From: a virus
Lineage: Duplodnaviria > Caudoviricetes
Length of the DNA: 64,000 nt
IMG/VR virus record: IMGVR_UViG_3300033073_001248
Location: 21,687 to 85,686 of that record
Strand: one strand, 5' to 3'
Position 1 is the first letter of the stretch. Each line of letters starts with the position of its first letter. The notes beneath the pieces were generated by a model. That model was not told the DNA's origin. It saw only the letters and a program-made list of their open reading frames with translations, and did not search any database. The position numbers and the translations under genes are program-made. Below, in pieces: positions 47,628 to 57,071 of this stretch.

Positions 47628-47633
47628 GTTGGC

Positions 47634-47641
47634 TATAAATA
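47634..47641 (+). promoter_or_regulatory. T4-type late promoter TATAAATA
   Basis: Exact match, 5 nt before ATG 47647. Confidence 0.7.
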
Positions 47642-47646
47642 TCTGT

Positions 47647-48051
47647 ATGGAACCCGTAATAACAGCTTTTACTCTAGTTGATGTTACAGCTACCGGCGTA
47701 ATTAAAGGTGAATCCTTAGTCAGGGATCAACAGCGTAATTGGGAAACTGTGCTACAAGTACTGGGCCTTAAAACACAGCCCATTATCATTAATCGTCCAG
47801 GCCTGTGGGCCAATGAAGAACTTAAATATTTTGAGTTTGGCGAGTTTTATGAAGGCCGACACTCGATTTGGGCTTTTCAATTTCGTGGAGAACGAGACGA
47901 TTTCTATAACTTAGACATACTGGAAGAAGACTTCGACCAAGTACCCATTATAGTGGGCCTAGACGAAACTGCGAGATTTATGTTGCCCGTGTTTTTTACA
48001 CAGGGTCATTTAAAAAACATATACTTTAAACAATTAAACATCAAACTATAA
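47647..48051 (+). CDS. Hypothetical protein
   Basis: Start set to ATG 47647 (after terminator and promoter). Confidence 0.7.
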   Translation: MEPVITAFTLVDVTATGVIKGESLVRDQQRNWETVLQVLGLKTQPIIINRPGLWANEELKYFEFGEFYEGRHSIWAFQFRGERDDFYNLDILEEDFDQVPIIVGLDETARFMLPVFFTQGHLKNIYFKQLNIKL

Positions 48052-48111
48052 ATAATGTTGATGCTCAGGCACCAATAGGCACTCTTTATGGCACACAAAG
48101 GCACACGACAC
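48047..48111 (+). promoter_or_regulatory. Late promoter followed by 4x GGCAC leader repeats
   Basis: TATAAATA 48047-54; GGCAC at 48068, 48078, 48090, 48100; GACAC at 48107. Confidence 0.6.
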
Positions 48112-48137
48112 GCATCTCATTTAACCCAAGAGATAAT

Positions 48138-48398
48138 ATGGCAACCACCGCGATTGAAAAAGAGAATCTTGAGGCGCACGTTGAGCTTTGCGCTGAAAGG
48201 TACAAACAGTTGGAAAATAAACTTACTGATGTCGAAAAACGACTAGACACAGTCGAAAACCACCTTATTGAAATCAAAGATTCTATTACTAATAAAACCA
48301 GCGGCATAGACGGTAAATTTATTACTATAGGCACTACTATTTTAGGCGTTATGTTTACGGCTATAATCAGTTTACTAATACACTTGGCACAAAAATGA
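48138..48398 (+). CDS. Coiled-coil + C-terminal TM protein (XhlA/holin-like), putative
   Basis: Heptad region LENKLTDVEKRLDTVENHL, then a single TM helix FITIGTTILGVMFTAIISLLI. Confidence 0.55.
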   Translation: MATTAIEKENLEAHVELCAERYKQLENKLTDVEKRLDTVENHLIEIKDSITNKTSGIDGKFITIGTTILGVMFTAIISLLIHLAQK

Positions 48399-48607
48399 AA
48401 ATAGTAGAAATCACTAATGGAATGTCCGTAGCTATCACAAACGAAGAAGCAGATCTGTTATTGCAGTTTGACGAACAAACTCCAAGCATGGCACGCCGTG
48501 ACTTGGATCAAAGGCAACAACTCATGGCCAACAATCTAGTAAATAAAAATGTACTAAAGAGAATCAAAGAAAATGGCCGTATCGTCTATAAAAGAAAAAC
48601 TAGGTAA
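48395..48607 (+). CDS. Small hypothetical protein
   Basis: ATGA coupling; 70 aa. Confidence 0.7.
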   Translation: MKIVEITNGMSVAITNEEADLLLQFDEQTPSMARRDLDQRQQLMANNLVNKNVLKRIKENGRIVYKRKTR

Positions 48608-49085
48608 ACTTTTAGTTAATTTAACAATTAAAAAAATCGAACTTTGGTCTCACAACGAGCTTACAAAACTTAAACACAACCCAAAACCCTTTTGTTTAGA
48701 ATATTCAGACCGTCATTATGGCATAGGTGATTTTGATATTAAAATACTGTCAGATAATACGGCCAAAGTACACAAAGACGGCAAGTTTTTACATCATTTT
48801 CAAAACAAACAGATAGCAATTTACTATTGTGCCTACGAAAAACTCTACAAATTCACCAGTTCAGATAATCTACTTAAAGTAGACACTGAACTGGCTTTAG
48901 CAAGAGCAGAATACGACATACTTTATTACAAGCTAAACAATAAAAAAGCCGGCCCTGTGTCAAATCGAGATATAATTCTAGCTAAATTTCAAGAAGCTTA
49001 TGCTAGGCTAAAACGAGCCGAATCGGAATTCAAGAAAACAATGAACACGCATAAATATAATAAAATCTGGGATACCATATTATGA
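48573..49085 (+). CDS. Hypothetical protein
   Basis: 170-aa ORF in operon. Confidence 0.65.
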   Translation: MAVSSIKEKLGKLLVNLTIKKIELWSHNELTKLKHNPKPFCLEYSDRHYGIGDFDIKILSDNTAKVHKDGKFLHHFQNKQIAIYYCAYEKLYKFTSSDNLLKVDTELALARAEYDILYYKLNNKKAGPVSNRDIILAKFQEAYARLKRAESEFKKTMNTHKYNKIWDTIL

Positions 49086-49753
49086 ATTTAAAAGAACTTG
49101 CACCTAAAAAGACACACCGTCTTAACAAAGTTATGGAAAGCCGCTTTGGTTTTACTGTAGACTATGACAACATGACTTATGCTAAAGCACAGCGCCTAAG
49201 CATTGCCATTGAAGAAAGTCTAAATAAAATCCGCCAAAGCTATGGCATTCACACTGCTGAACAGAATCCAAAATACATGGAAATGTTCATGGTAAAAGAA
49301 GGTGTTGACGCTTGGTTGCGTGACAACAGACTACTAACAGAAGGTGAACTAGAAACTGCTGAAGCAGTGCTAGCAGCTAAAGACATGGTAGACAGCATTC
49401 AGGACATGATAACTGATGCGTCTAAAATGTTAAACGAACAGCTTCCTCCGCTGCTAGACACTATTCGTGACCAGTTAGGCACAGCTCAAGCAGACCAGTT
49501 TAAAACTACTGCTACAGGTGCGCTACAAGGTTTGATGGATGCGTTGAACACTGCTCGTGACAGCTTAGACAATGGAAGCCGCCAACTGGCGGGCGAGCAA
49601 GTTGCTGAGCCAATGGCACTGGGTGGTGCAGGTGCAGTAGGTGGTGCAGAAATGCCTGCGCCAGATGCAGACCTAGAAGCAGGTGGTGAAGACTTTGCCA
49701 CAGCTGATGCAGCTGCAGGCGGTGAAGAAGAACTTGGCCGCGAAAGACGATAA
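49082..49753 (+). CDS. Helical hypothetical protein with acidic tail
   Basis: 223 aa; CATAAATA upstream at 49050. Confidence 0.7.
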   Translation: MNLKELAPKKTHRLNKVMESRFGFTVDYDNMTYAKAQRLSIAIEESLNKIRQSYGIHTAEQNPKYMEMFMVKEGVDAWLRDNRLLTEGELETAEAVLAAKDMVDSIQDMITDASKMLNEQLPPLLDTIRDQLGTAQADQFKTTATGALQGLMDALNTARDSLDNGSRQLAGEQVAEPMALGGAGAVGGAEMPAPDADLEAGGEDFATADAAAGGEEELGRERR

Positions 49754-50133
49754 TGCGAGCCAGCGATTTTATTCGCGTGACTGAAACCAGTGACGATAAC
49801 AGCAGCATCGTCACTGCTTTGAGCCTTATAAAAAGCAAAGTTGACCAAGGTGAACTACAGGCTAAACTGCCTGTACAGTTTATTGTGCGACTAATTCAAA
49901 ACACAGGCTTAACCAGTTTTACAGTAGATGACTTAAGAGCAGCCAATGAAGCTATTCCTGCTATGAAGAACATTGTAAAACAAATCACACCCGATGAAAT
50001 AGTTTTTGTTACACACAGTTACAGCAGTGTTAACAATCCTGAAGAGCCCGAAGCCAAAGGCGCTCCAGTAGACAATCCAGAGCAGACAGTTGCCAACATG
50101 GCCAAAAGCGCCATGAAGCGTAGACAAGACTAA
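49753..50133 (+). CDS. Hypothetical protein
   Basis: TAATG coupling; 126 aa. Confidence 0.7.
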   Translation: MRASDFIRVTETSDDNSSIVTALSLIKSKVDQGELQAKLPVQFIVRLIQNTGLTSFTVDDLRAANEAIPAMKNIVKQITPDEIVFVTHSYSSVNNPEEPEAKGAPVDNPEQTVANMAKSAMKRRQD

Positions 50134-50165
50134 TTAAATACAGTATAATCACTGAGGAGATTTAT

Positions 50166-50558
50166 ATGGCCTATAGTCAAGCCGTGATTGATCATTACGA
50201 ACATCCCCGAAATGTTGGCAGCTTTGCCAAAGACGAACAAGACATTGGTACAGGCATGGTAGGTGCGCCTGCTTGCGGTGATGTGATGAAATTACAAATC
50301 AAAGTTGATCCCAAAACGGGTGTTATTACTGATGCCAAATTTAAAACCTATGGTTGTGGTTCTGCCATTGCCAGCAGCAGTTTGGTAACAGAGTGGGTCA
50401 AAGGCAAAACTTTGGACGAAGCCGGTAGTATCAAAAACAGCGAAATAGCCGAAGAACTGGCACTGCCTCCAGTTAAGATCCATTGTTCTATTTTAGCGGA
50501 AGATGCTATCAAAGCCGCAGTAGCAGACTATCGCAAACGACATGATAACGCTAACTGA
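50166..50558 (+). CDS. iscU: Fe-S cluster scaffold IscU
   Basis: HYEHPRNVG, GAPACGDVMKLQI, FKTYGCGSAIASSS, LPPVKIHCSILAEDA; GAGGAG RBS. Confidence 0.96.
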   Translation: MAYSQAVIDHYEHPRNVGSFAKDEQDIGTGMVGAPACGDVMKLQIKVDPKTGVITDAKFKTYGCGSAIASSSLVTEWVKGKTLDEAGSIKNSEIAEELALPPVKIHCSILAEDAIKAAVADYRKRHDNAN

Positions 50559-50862
50559 ACTAGCAGCTCGAAAAGTCCAACAACAGCTTGCCAAAAGAGG
50601 TCAAGGTGTTGGACTTCGCGTTGGTGTTCGAACTACCGGTTGCAGCGGACTGGCTTATGTGTTAGAATATGTTGATCAACCACAGCCCGAAGACCAATGC
50701 ATAGACTGTGCTGACTGTAAGATATTTGTAGATCCAAAAAGTTGCGTATATCTGCAGGGACTTATAATAGACTACAAACGAAATGGTCTTAATGAAGGGT
50801 TTGAATTTATCAATCCCAATGAGCGAGATCGCTGTGGTTGCGGAGAAAGTTTTAGAGTTTGA
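50542..50862 (+). CDS. iscA: A-type Fe-S carrier IscA
   Basis: ITLTELAA, GVRTTGCSGLAY, EGFEFINPN, CGCGESF. Confidence 0.95.
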   Translation: MITLTELAARKVQQQLAKRGQGVGLRVGVRTTGCSGLAYVLEYVDQPQPEDQCIDCADCKIFVDPKSCVYLQGLIIDYKRNGLNEGFEFINPNERDRCGCGESFRV

Positions 50863-51560
50863 TGAAATCAATACAAAATCATTGGCAAGAGGGCTACCTA
50901 GCTCGCCACGGCTGGAATCCTCCCAATGCAACTGAGTATTGGTCAGGCATGGACAGTGAAGAAAATTACAAGAAAAACCCACATCCCGATTACACTGAGA
51001 CCAGCATAACTTATACCTATAACAGTCAAGGTTTTAGAACGCATCAAGTTGACTTAGCAAATACCGACAATACAATTTTATGTTTTGGTTGTAGTCACAC
51101 TGAAGGTGTAGCAGTTCAAACTCCGTGGCCTGAAATCATACAGCAGAGATTACCTACTTACAAAGTCTATAATTATGGCCACGGTGGTGGCAGTTCGGAC
51201 ACTGTGGCAAGATTAATTACAAATTATGTACCGCTATTAAGGCCAAAAATTGTTTTAATACTATGGCCCGATATGTACAGATATGAACTGTATGATCAGT
51301 ATGGTATTGATTCTATATCATCGTGGAGTAATGACAAAAGTGCATTAAGACTATTAACAGATCATAATGTAACTAACTGGACTGCAAAAAATAAAATTTA
51401 TGTAAATAACTTCTCTAAAATTTATAACTTTAATCTATATCAAGATCTAACAAATAACTGGATAGACGAACCCATGGATGTTGGCAGAGATTTTGCACAC
51501 CCTGGACCTAAAACACACATTGCAATAGCAGAAAAATTTTTATCTCAAATATCATGTTAA
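50859..51560 (+). CDS. SGNH/GDSL-hydrolase-like protein
   Basis: CFGCSHTEG, NYGHGGGSSD, RDFAHPG. Confidence 0.55.
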   Translation: MMKSIQNHWQEGYLARHGWNPPNATEYWSGMDSEENYKKNPHPDYTETSITYTYNSQGFRTHQVDLANTDNTILCFGCSHTEGVAVQTPWPEIIQQRLPTYKVYNYGHGGGSSDTVARLITNYVPLLRPKIVLILWPDMYRYELYDQYGIDSISSWSNDKSALRLLTDHNVTNWTAKNKIYVNNFSKIYNFNLYQDLTNNWIDEPMDVGRDFAHPGPKTHIAIAEKFLSQISC

Positions 51561-52237
51561 TTCAAAAATATAACTATACTCCTATTAATCGCGAAAGCGT
51601 AGATGGCCGCAGACACTATTGTTTGCCCGATGGTACTAAAGTTCCGTCAGTTACTACTATCTTGGATGCTACAAAACCACAGGAAAAAGTTCAAGCGTTA
51701 ATGCGTTGGCGTAAAAGTGTAGGTGAAGCAGCTGCTCAGCAGATTACTACAGAAGCTGCTAATCGCGGCACTAGAATGCACAAGTGGTTGGAAAATTTTA
51801 TTAAAGATGGAGAACTGGGACAGCCCGGCACTAATCCTTTTAGTAAACAAAGCCACGGCATGGCCAATACAATTATATTTGAAGGCCTGGGCAAAAAGGT
51901 ACAGGAATACTGGGGAGTAGAAGTTCCATTGTATTGCAGTGGGTTATACGCAGGCACCACAGACTGTATTGCAGTTTGGAATGGAAAACCTGCTATTTTG
52001 GACTTTAAACAAACAAATAAACCCAAAAAGCGTGAGTGGATTGAAGATTATTTTTTACAGTTAGCAGCCTACGCACTAGCACACAATGAAACACATGGCA
52101 CTGATATAAAACAGGGTGTTATTTTAATGTGCAGTGGAAACTTTGAGTATCAGGAATTTACAGTAGAAGGCCAAGAATTTGAGGATTGGACTGAAAAGTG
52201 GCTCAATCGCATACAGCAGTATTATAGTTTGTACTAA
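51554..52237 (+). CDS. PD-(D/E)XK (Cas4/RecB-like) exonuclease
   Basis: PSVTTIL, RGTRMH, EVPL, AGTTDCI, ILDFKQT, YFLQLAAY. Confidence 0.85.
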   Translation: MLIQKYNYTPINRESVDGRRHYCLPDGTKVPSVTTILDATKPQEKVQALMRWRKSVGEAAAQQITTEAANRGTRMHKWLENFIKDGELGQPGTNPFSKQSHGMANTIIFEGLGKKVQEYWGVEVPLYCSGLYAGTTDCIAVWNGKPAILDFKQTNKPKKREWIEDYFLQLAAYALAHNETHGTDIKQGVILMCSGNFEYQEFTVEGQEFEDWTEKWLNRIQQYYSLY

Positions 52238-52261
52238 ATACAACATTAGGATAACAAGAAC

Positions 52262-52777
52262 ATGGCCATAGTTCAAATCAGTCAGATCAAACATCGCAGG
52301 GGCGTTGAAGAAAACTTACCACAGCTAGCCAGTGCAGAACTAGGCTGGGCTGTAGACACACAACAATTGTACATTGGTAATGGTACCCTAGCTGAAGGCG
52401 CACCTGAAGTAGGCAATACAAGAATTCTTACAGAAAATGATTTGCCTAATGTAGCTTATTCCACTGCTTATACTTTAACTAATAACACCAGCGCCAATGC
52501 CAACATAGGCGGCGATTTATATTTTGCAAATACAACACCCAGTGTAACAGTGGATTATAGCGTACAGCGTGGTGATAACTATAAAACAGGTACACTAACA
52601 ATAGCACAGTATAATACAACTGTTGCTTACTCTGACACATTCGTAGAAACAGCCAATGTGGGCGTTGTATTGTCAGTTAACATGTTCGGCAACATTGCGG
52701 CAGTGCAATACAAAACTACCAACACTGGTATTGATGCTAATTTAAAGTATAATTTTACTAAAGTTTCTTGGTCTTAA
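52262..52777 (+). CDS. Virion structural protein with fibre-anchor-type N-terminus
   Basis: IKHRRG..ENLPQLASAELGWAVDTQQLYIGNG; ACTAAATA upstream. Confidence 0.6.
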   Translation: MAIVQISQIKHRRGVEENLPQLASAELGWAVDTQQLYIGNGTLAEGAPEVGNTRILTENDLPNVAYSTAYTLTNNTSANANIGGDLYFANTTPSVTVDYSVQRGDNYKTGTLTIAQYNTTVAYSDTFVETANVGVVLSVNMFGNIAAVQYKTTNTGIDANLKYNFTKVSWS

Positions 52778-53233
52778 TTGAATAATTTTTGGAACGAAAT
52801 GCCCTATGACCGTTTAAGGTTATGGCAGGATTTTAGACATCGCATCAGTTCGTTATCCCTAGAACAAGCAGTTTGGGAAACCGAACACCTATGGACTTAT
52901 GCGCCATATCAAAAATACTATCTTACACTGGATGAAGTCAAAGATTGGCCTGGACCTTGGGAATTATTATTCGAAAACTACTACTGCAATCTTGCAATTG
53001 CACTAGGAATGTTGTATACTCTATATCTAAGTGAGCACCGCCCCGAATTAGAAATAAGAGTATATTATGAGCCATCATCCATGGCGCAATATAATTTATT
53101 ATTTGTTGACCAAGGAAAATATGTTCTTAATATGGAACATGATACTGTATTAAATAAAACACAGATTGACAAGACACTAAAACTAAAGAAAACTATTTCC
53201 GTTAAGGATTTAGGGTTAGAACTATTACAATAA
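52778..53233 (+). CDS. Hypothetical protein
   Basis: 151-aa ORF, TTG start; start uncertain. Confidence 0.65.
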   Translation: MNNFWNEMPYDRLRLWQDFRHRISSLSLEQAVWETEHLWTYAPYQKYYLTLDEVKDWPGPWELLFENYYCNLAIALGMLYTLYLSEHRPELEIRVYYEPSSMAQYNLLFVDQGKYVLNMEHDTVLNKTQIDKTLKLKKTISVKDLGLELLQ

Positions 53234-53237
53234 GAGA

Positions 53238-55583
53238 TTGAGCACAATGATTCAAGTTATTAAACGAGACGGCACAAAAGAACAATTAAATCTAGAAAAG
53301 TGGCAAGCACAGATTCAAAAAGTATGCAAAGGTGTAGCCGATGTCAGTCAAAGCATGATTGAAATCAAAACACATCCACAGTTTTTTGACGGTATCACAA
53401 CTAAAGAAATTGACGCACTAACTCTAAGAGCTATTGTAGACTTGATCGATGTAGAGTCTAATCCTGATGTTGGCCATGTCAACTATCAATATGTTGCAGG
53501 CAAACAGCGTCTTAGCATGTTGCGTAAGGATGTATACGGCAGCTATGAAGTGCCACATCTTTATGACATTGTAAAACGAAATGTGGCAGTTGGTCTGTAT
53601 ACTCCTGAACTGTTGGAATGGTACAGTGAAGCAGACTGGGACCGAATGAATGAAATGCTGGATCATGAAAAAGATGAACAGTACAGTTATGCAGCCATTG
53701 AACAGCTGATAGAAAAATATCTAGTACGCAATCGTGCCACAAAAGAAATTTATGAAACTCCGCAGGTTCGATATATGATAGCAGCTGCAACTGTATTTCA
53801 CAAAGAAGAACCCAACACAGCGAGAATGCGCTACATAAAGGAATATTACAATGCGGCTAGCGACGGTCTTTTCACTCTTGCCACTCCTGTTCTTGCTGGT
53901 CTGGGCACTCCAACAAAACAATTTAGTAGCTGTGTTCTCATCCGCAGTGACGACGATCTTGACAGTATTTTTGCATCCGGGGAGATGATGGCCAAGTATG
54001 CCAGCAAGCGAGCTGGTATTGGTCTAGAAATTGGTCGTTTGCGTCCTCTGGGTTCGCCCATTCGCGGTGGCGAGATCATGCACACTGGTATGATTCCTTT
54101 CCTTAAGAAATGGTTTGGCGACCTTCGTAGTTGCAGCCAGGGTGGTATCCGCAATGCGTCAGCTACTGTATTCTATCCTATTTGGCATCATCAGTTTGAT
54201 GACCTTATTGTGCTTAAGAACAATCAAGGTACAGAAGAAACTCGTGTTCGTCACATGGACTACGGAGTAGTACTGTCAGCATTCTTTTGGCGCCGCTTTA
54301 AAAATAAAGAGAATATTACATTCTTTGATCCCAACGAAGTACCTGACTTATACGAAGCTTTTTACAGTAATAGTAAACTGTTTGAAGAACTATATGTCAA
54401 GTATGAACGCACACCTGGACTTCGTAAAAAGACCATGAATGCCGAAGAAGTATTCAAAAGCGGAATACTAAAAGAGCGCACCGACACAGGCAGAATTTAT
54501 CTTGTGTTCATTGACAATGTCATGAACCAAGGTCCTTTCAATCCTGAATATCATACCATTTATCAAAGTAATTTGTGCTGTGAGATACTTTTACCTACTC
54601 GTCCTTTTAAGCGTCTTGATGATCCTGACGGCCGCATTGCCCTCTGCACTCTTGGATCGATTAACTGGGGTGCGTTCCGTAATCCTGAAGATATGCGTAG
54701 GGCTTGTCGCATTCTACAGCGTAGCCTTTGCAATATATTGGACTATCAAGATTTTCTTTCCATACAAAGTGAGTTAAGCAACAAAGAGATTCAACCTTTG
54801 GGTATTGGCGTAACTAACTTGGCCAATTGGCATGCCAAGCGTGGCTTTAAGTATGGCGACAAAGATGCACTGCAAGATGTAAAGACATGGATGGAACATC
54901 AAGCATTTTACTTAACAGAAGCCACAGTTGATCTTGCTCGTGAACGCGGCAAATGCGGACACAGTGACTTAACAAGATATGGACAGGGCGTTTTTCCTTG
55001 GGAATTGCGAGCCGAAGGTGTTAATGAACTGGCAGACTTTAAACCAGAACTAGACTGGGAAACACTGCGAAACAACATGAGACAGTGGGGCGTTCGAAAC
55101 GCTACACTAATGGCTATCGCTCCTGTGGAAAGCAGCAGTGTAGTAATTGACAGCACAAATGGCATCGAAATGCCTATGAGTTTGATCACAGTAAAAGAAA
55201 GCAAAGCAGGTTCGTTTACACAAGTAGCACCTGACTATGCCAAACTAAAACACAAATACGAATTAATGTGGGAACAGAAAGACTGTGTGGGTTATTTGAA
55301 AACCGCTGCGGTATTGGCTGCGTATGTTGACCAAAGTATCAGCACCAACACTTTCTATAATCCTGCACATTTCCCAGGACGCAAAGTACCTACTACCCTG
55401 ATTGCTAAAAACTTAATGCAAGCACACAAGTGGGGATTGAAAACATTTTATTACAGTCTTATCAACAAGCAAGGTGCAAAGGCAGACATGCAGGAAGCAC
55501 AACCTGAAGCACAGATCAGCAGCAGCATCAGCAGTGCCATTGACTTTGAAGATCAAGAAGACTGTGAAAGTTGCAAGTTGTAA
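53238..55583 (+). CDS. nrdA: Class Ia ribonucleotide reductase alpha subunit with ATP cone
   Basis: VIKRDG ATP cone, FSSCVL, QSNLCCEI, CTLG, APVESSS, TFYY, C-terminal CESC; alternative start ATG 53247. Confidence 0.95.
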   Translation: MSTMIQVIKRDGTKEQLNLEKWQAQIQKVCKGVADVSQSMIEIKTHPQFFDGITTKEIDALTLRAIVDLIDVESNPDVGHVNYQYVAGKQRLSMLRKDVYGSYEVPHLYDIVKRNVAVGLYTPELLEWYSEADWDRMNEMLDHEKDEQYSYAAIEQLIEKYLVRNRATKEIYETPQVRYMIAAATVFHKEEPNTARMRYIKEYYNAASDGLFTLATPVLAGLGTPTKQFSSCVLIRSDDDLDSIFASGEMMAKYASKRAGIGLEIGRLRPLGSPIRGGEIMHTGMIPFLKKWFGDLRSCSQGGIRNASATVFYPIWHHQFDDLIVLKNNQGTEETRVRHMDYGVVLSAFFWRRFKNKENITFFDPNEVPDLYEAFYSNSKLFEELYVKYERTPGLRKKTMNAEEVFKSGILKERTDTGRIYLVFIDNVMNQGPFNPEYHTIYQSNLCCEILLPTRPFKRLDDPDGRIALCTLGSINWGAFRNPEDMRRACRILQRSLCNILDYQDFLSIQSELSNKEIQPLGIGVTNLANWHAKRGFKYGDKDALQDVKTWMEHQAFYLTEATVDLARERGKCGHSDLTRYGQGVFPWELRAEGVNELADFKPELDWETLRNNMRQWGVRNATLMAIAPVESSSVVIDSTNGIEMPMSLITVKESKAGSFTQVAPDYAKLKHKYELMWEQKDCVGYLKTAAVLAAYVDQSISTNTFYNPAHFPGRKVPTTLIAKNLMQAHKWGLKTFYYSLINKQGAKADMQEAQPEAQISSSISSAIDFEDQEDCESCKL

Positions 55584-55586
55584 ATA

Positions 55587-55775
55587 ATGGACGCTTACGA
55601 TGTTCAAGAACGGCTTAAACAAGCATGGAGTACCATTGCCATGCAACAGAGCCAAACAGGCAATTTAACTAAGAGCTGGCCCAGTATTCCTGTAGTTGTA
55701 AAAACAGAAGGGCTAGAAAAAATTGTTGTTGATGTCGTAGTTAAAGACAATCGAATTTATTTGGAGTTAAAATGA
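55587..55775 (+). CDS. Small hypothetical protein
   Basis: 62 aa, coupled to aceA. Confidence 0.6.
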   Translation: MDAYDVQERLKQAWSTIAMQQSQTGNLTKSWPSIPVVVKTEGLEKIVVDVVVKDNRIYLELK

Positions 55776-56980
55776 AAAAACGAAACTATACTGTGGAAAC
55801 AGTGAAAAAACTGCAAGGCAGTGTTCAAATCGAGCATACCCTAGCTAAAAGAGGAGCCGCAAAGCTGAGAGAGCTGTTGGCCACGGAACCTTATATTAAC
55901 ACACTGGGTGCGTACAATGGTCAAATGGCAGTACAACATGCCAAAGCAGGACTAAAAGCAATTTATTTAAGTGGCTGGCAAGTTGCGGCTGCTAACAATA
56001 CTGCTAATCAAACTTATCCTGACCAATCACTGTATCCCGTCGATTCTGTGCCCCGTGTAGTCAAAGGCATCAACAATGCTTTCCGTCGTGCTGATCAAAT
56101 TGAGTACAGTGAAGGCAAGGTAGAAACAGATTACTTCCTGCCTATTGTAGCAGACGCAGAAGCTGGCTTTGGTGGTGCGCTAAATGCCTATGAACTAATG
56201 TCAGCAATGATTGAAGCTGGCGCCGCAGGCGTACACTTTGAAGATCAATTAGCCAGTGAAAAGAAATGTGGTCACTTAGGTGGTAAGGTCTTAGTGCCTA
56301 CAAGCCAAATGATTCGCACACTAAATGCTGCAAGATTAGCTGCGGATGTAGCAGGAGTAGATACAGTTATTATGGCTCGCACTGACGCAGAAGCTGCTAC
56401 ACTTATTACCAGTGACCATGACCCTTTAGACAAGGATTTTATCATAAATGAGCGTACTGAGGAAGGTTTTTACAAATTTAAAAATGGCATTGATGCTTGT
56501 ATTAGCAGAGGTCTTGCTTTTGCCCCTTACGCTGATCTCTTATGGTTCGAAACTTCGACGCCTAGCATTGCACAGGCTAGAAAGTTTGCCGATGCCATTC
56601 ATGCTGTATATCCTGATCAGATGCTTGCCTACAATTGCAGTCCTAGTTTTAATTGGCGTAAGTTTTTAAGTGCTGATGAATGTGAAACTTTCCAGCGCGA
56701 ACTAGGCGAACTGGGCTACAAGTTCCAATTCATTACGCTGGCAGGTTTCCATAGTGTTAACTTGGCTACATTTGAATTAGCTGAAGCATATAAAGAAAGA
56801 GGAATGGCTGGCTATAGCGAAATGCAACAGCGTGAGTTTGCTGCACAAGAGCGTGGCTTTACCACAGTTAAACATCAGCGTGAAGTTGGTGTCAGTTACT
56901 TTGATTTAATTAGCGAAGCAGTTGGTGCTACATCAACAGTTGCTAATAAAAGCAGTACTGAAGCAGATCAGTTTCATTGA
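55772..56980 (+). CDS. aceA: Isocitrate lyase
   Basis: [34 protein letters not shown], catalytic [38 protein letters not shown]. Confidence 0.97.
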   Translation: MKKRNYTVETVKKLQGSVQIEHTLAKRGAAKLRELLATEPYINTLGAYNGQMAVQHAKAGLKAIYLSGWQVAAANNTANQTYPDQSLYPVDSVPRVVKGINNAFRRADQIEYSEGKVETDYFLPIVADAEAGFGGALNAYELMSAMIEAGAAGVHFEDQLASEKKCGHLGGKVLVPTSQMIRTLNAARLAADVAGVDTVIMARTDAEAATLITSDHDPLDKDFIINERTEEGFYKFKNGIDACISRGLAFAPYADLLWFETSTPSIAQARKFADAIHAVYPDQMLAYNCSPSFNWRKFLSADECETFQRELGELGYKFQFITLAGFHSVNLATFELAEAYKERGMAGYSEMQQREFAAQERGFTTVKHQREVGVSYFDLISEAVGATSTVANKSSTEADQFH

Positions 56981-56989
56981 GATATAATT

Positions 56990-57070
56990 ATGGAACCATT
57001 CTGCCCTAAGTGTCACACAAGACATGGATCAAAAGAACCATGCCCACATATCCCACCAGGAAATCATTAA
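56990..57070 (+). CDS. Possible 26-aa Cys/His micro-protein
   Basis: MEPFCPKCHTRHGSKEPCPHIPPGNH* exactly fills the gap between aceA and the next ATG. Confidence 0.4.
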   Translation: MEPFCPKCHTRHGSKEPCPHIPPGNH

Positions 57071-57071
57071 T

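Noticed and set aside
51554-52237. Cas4-like nuclease as a sign of CRISPR-Cas
   Set aside because: No repeat-spacer array or other cas gene seen; stand-alone PD-(D/E)XK exonucleases are routine in large phages.
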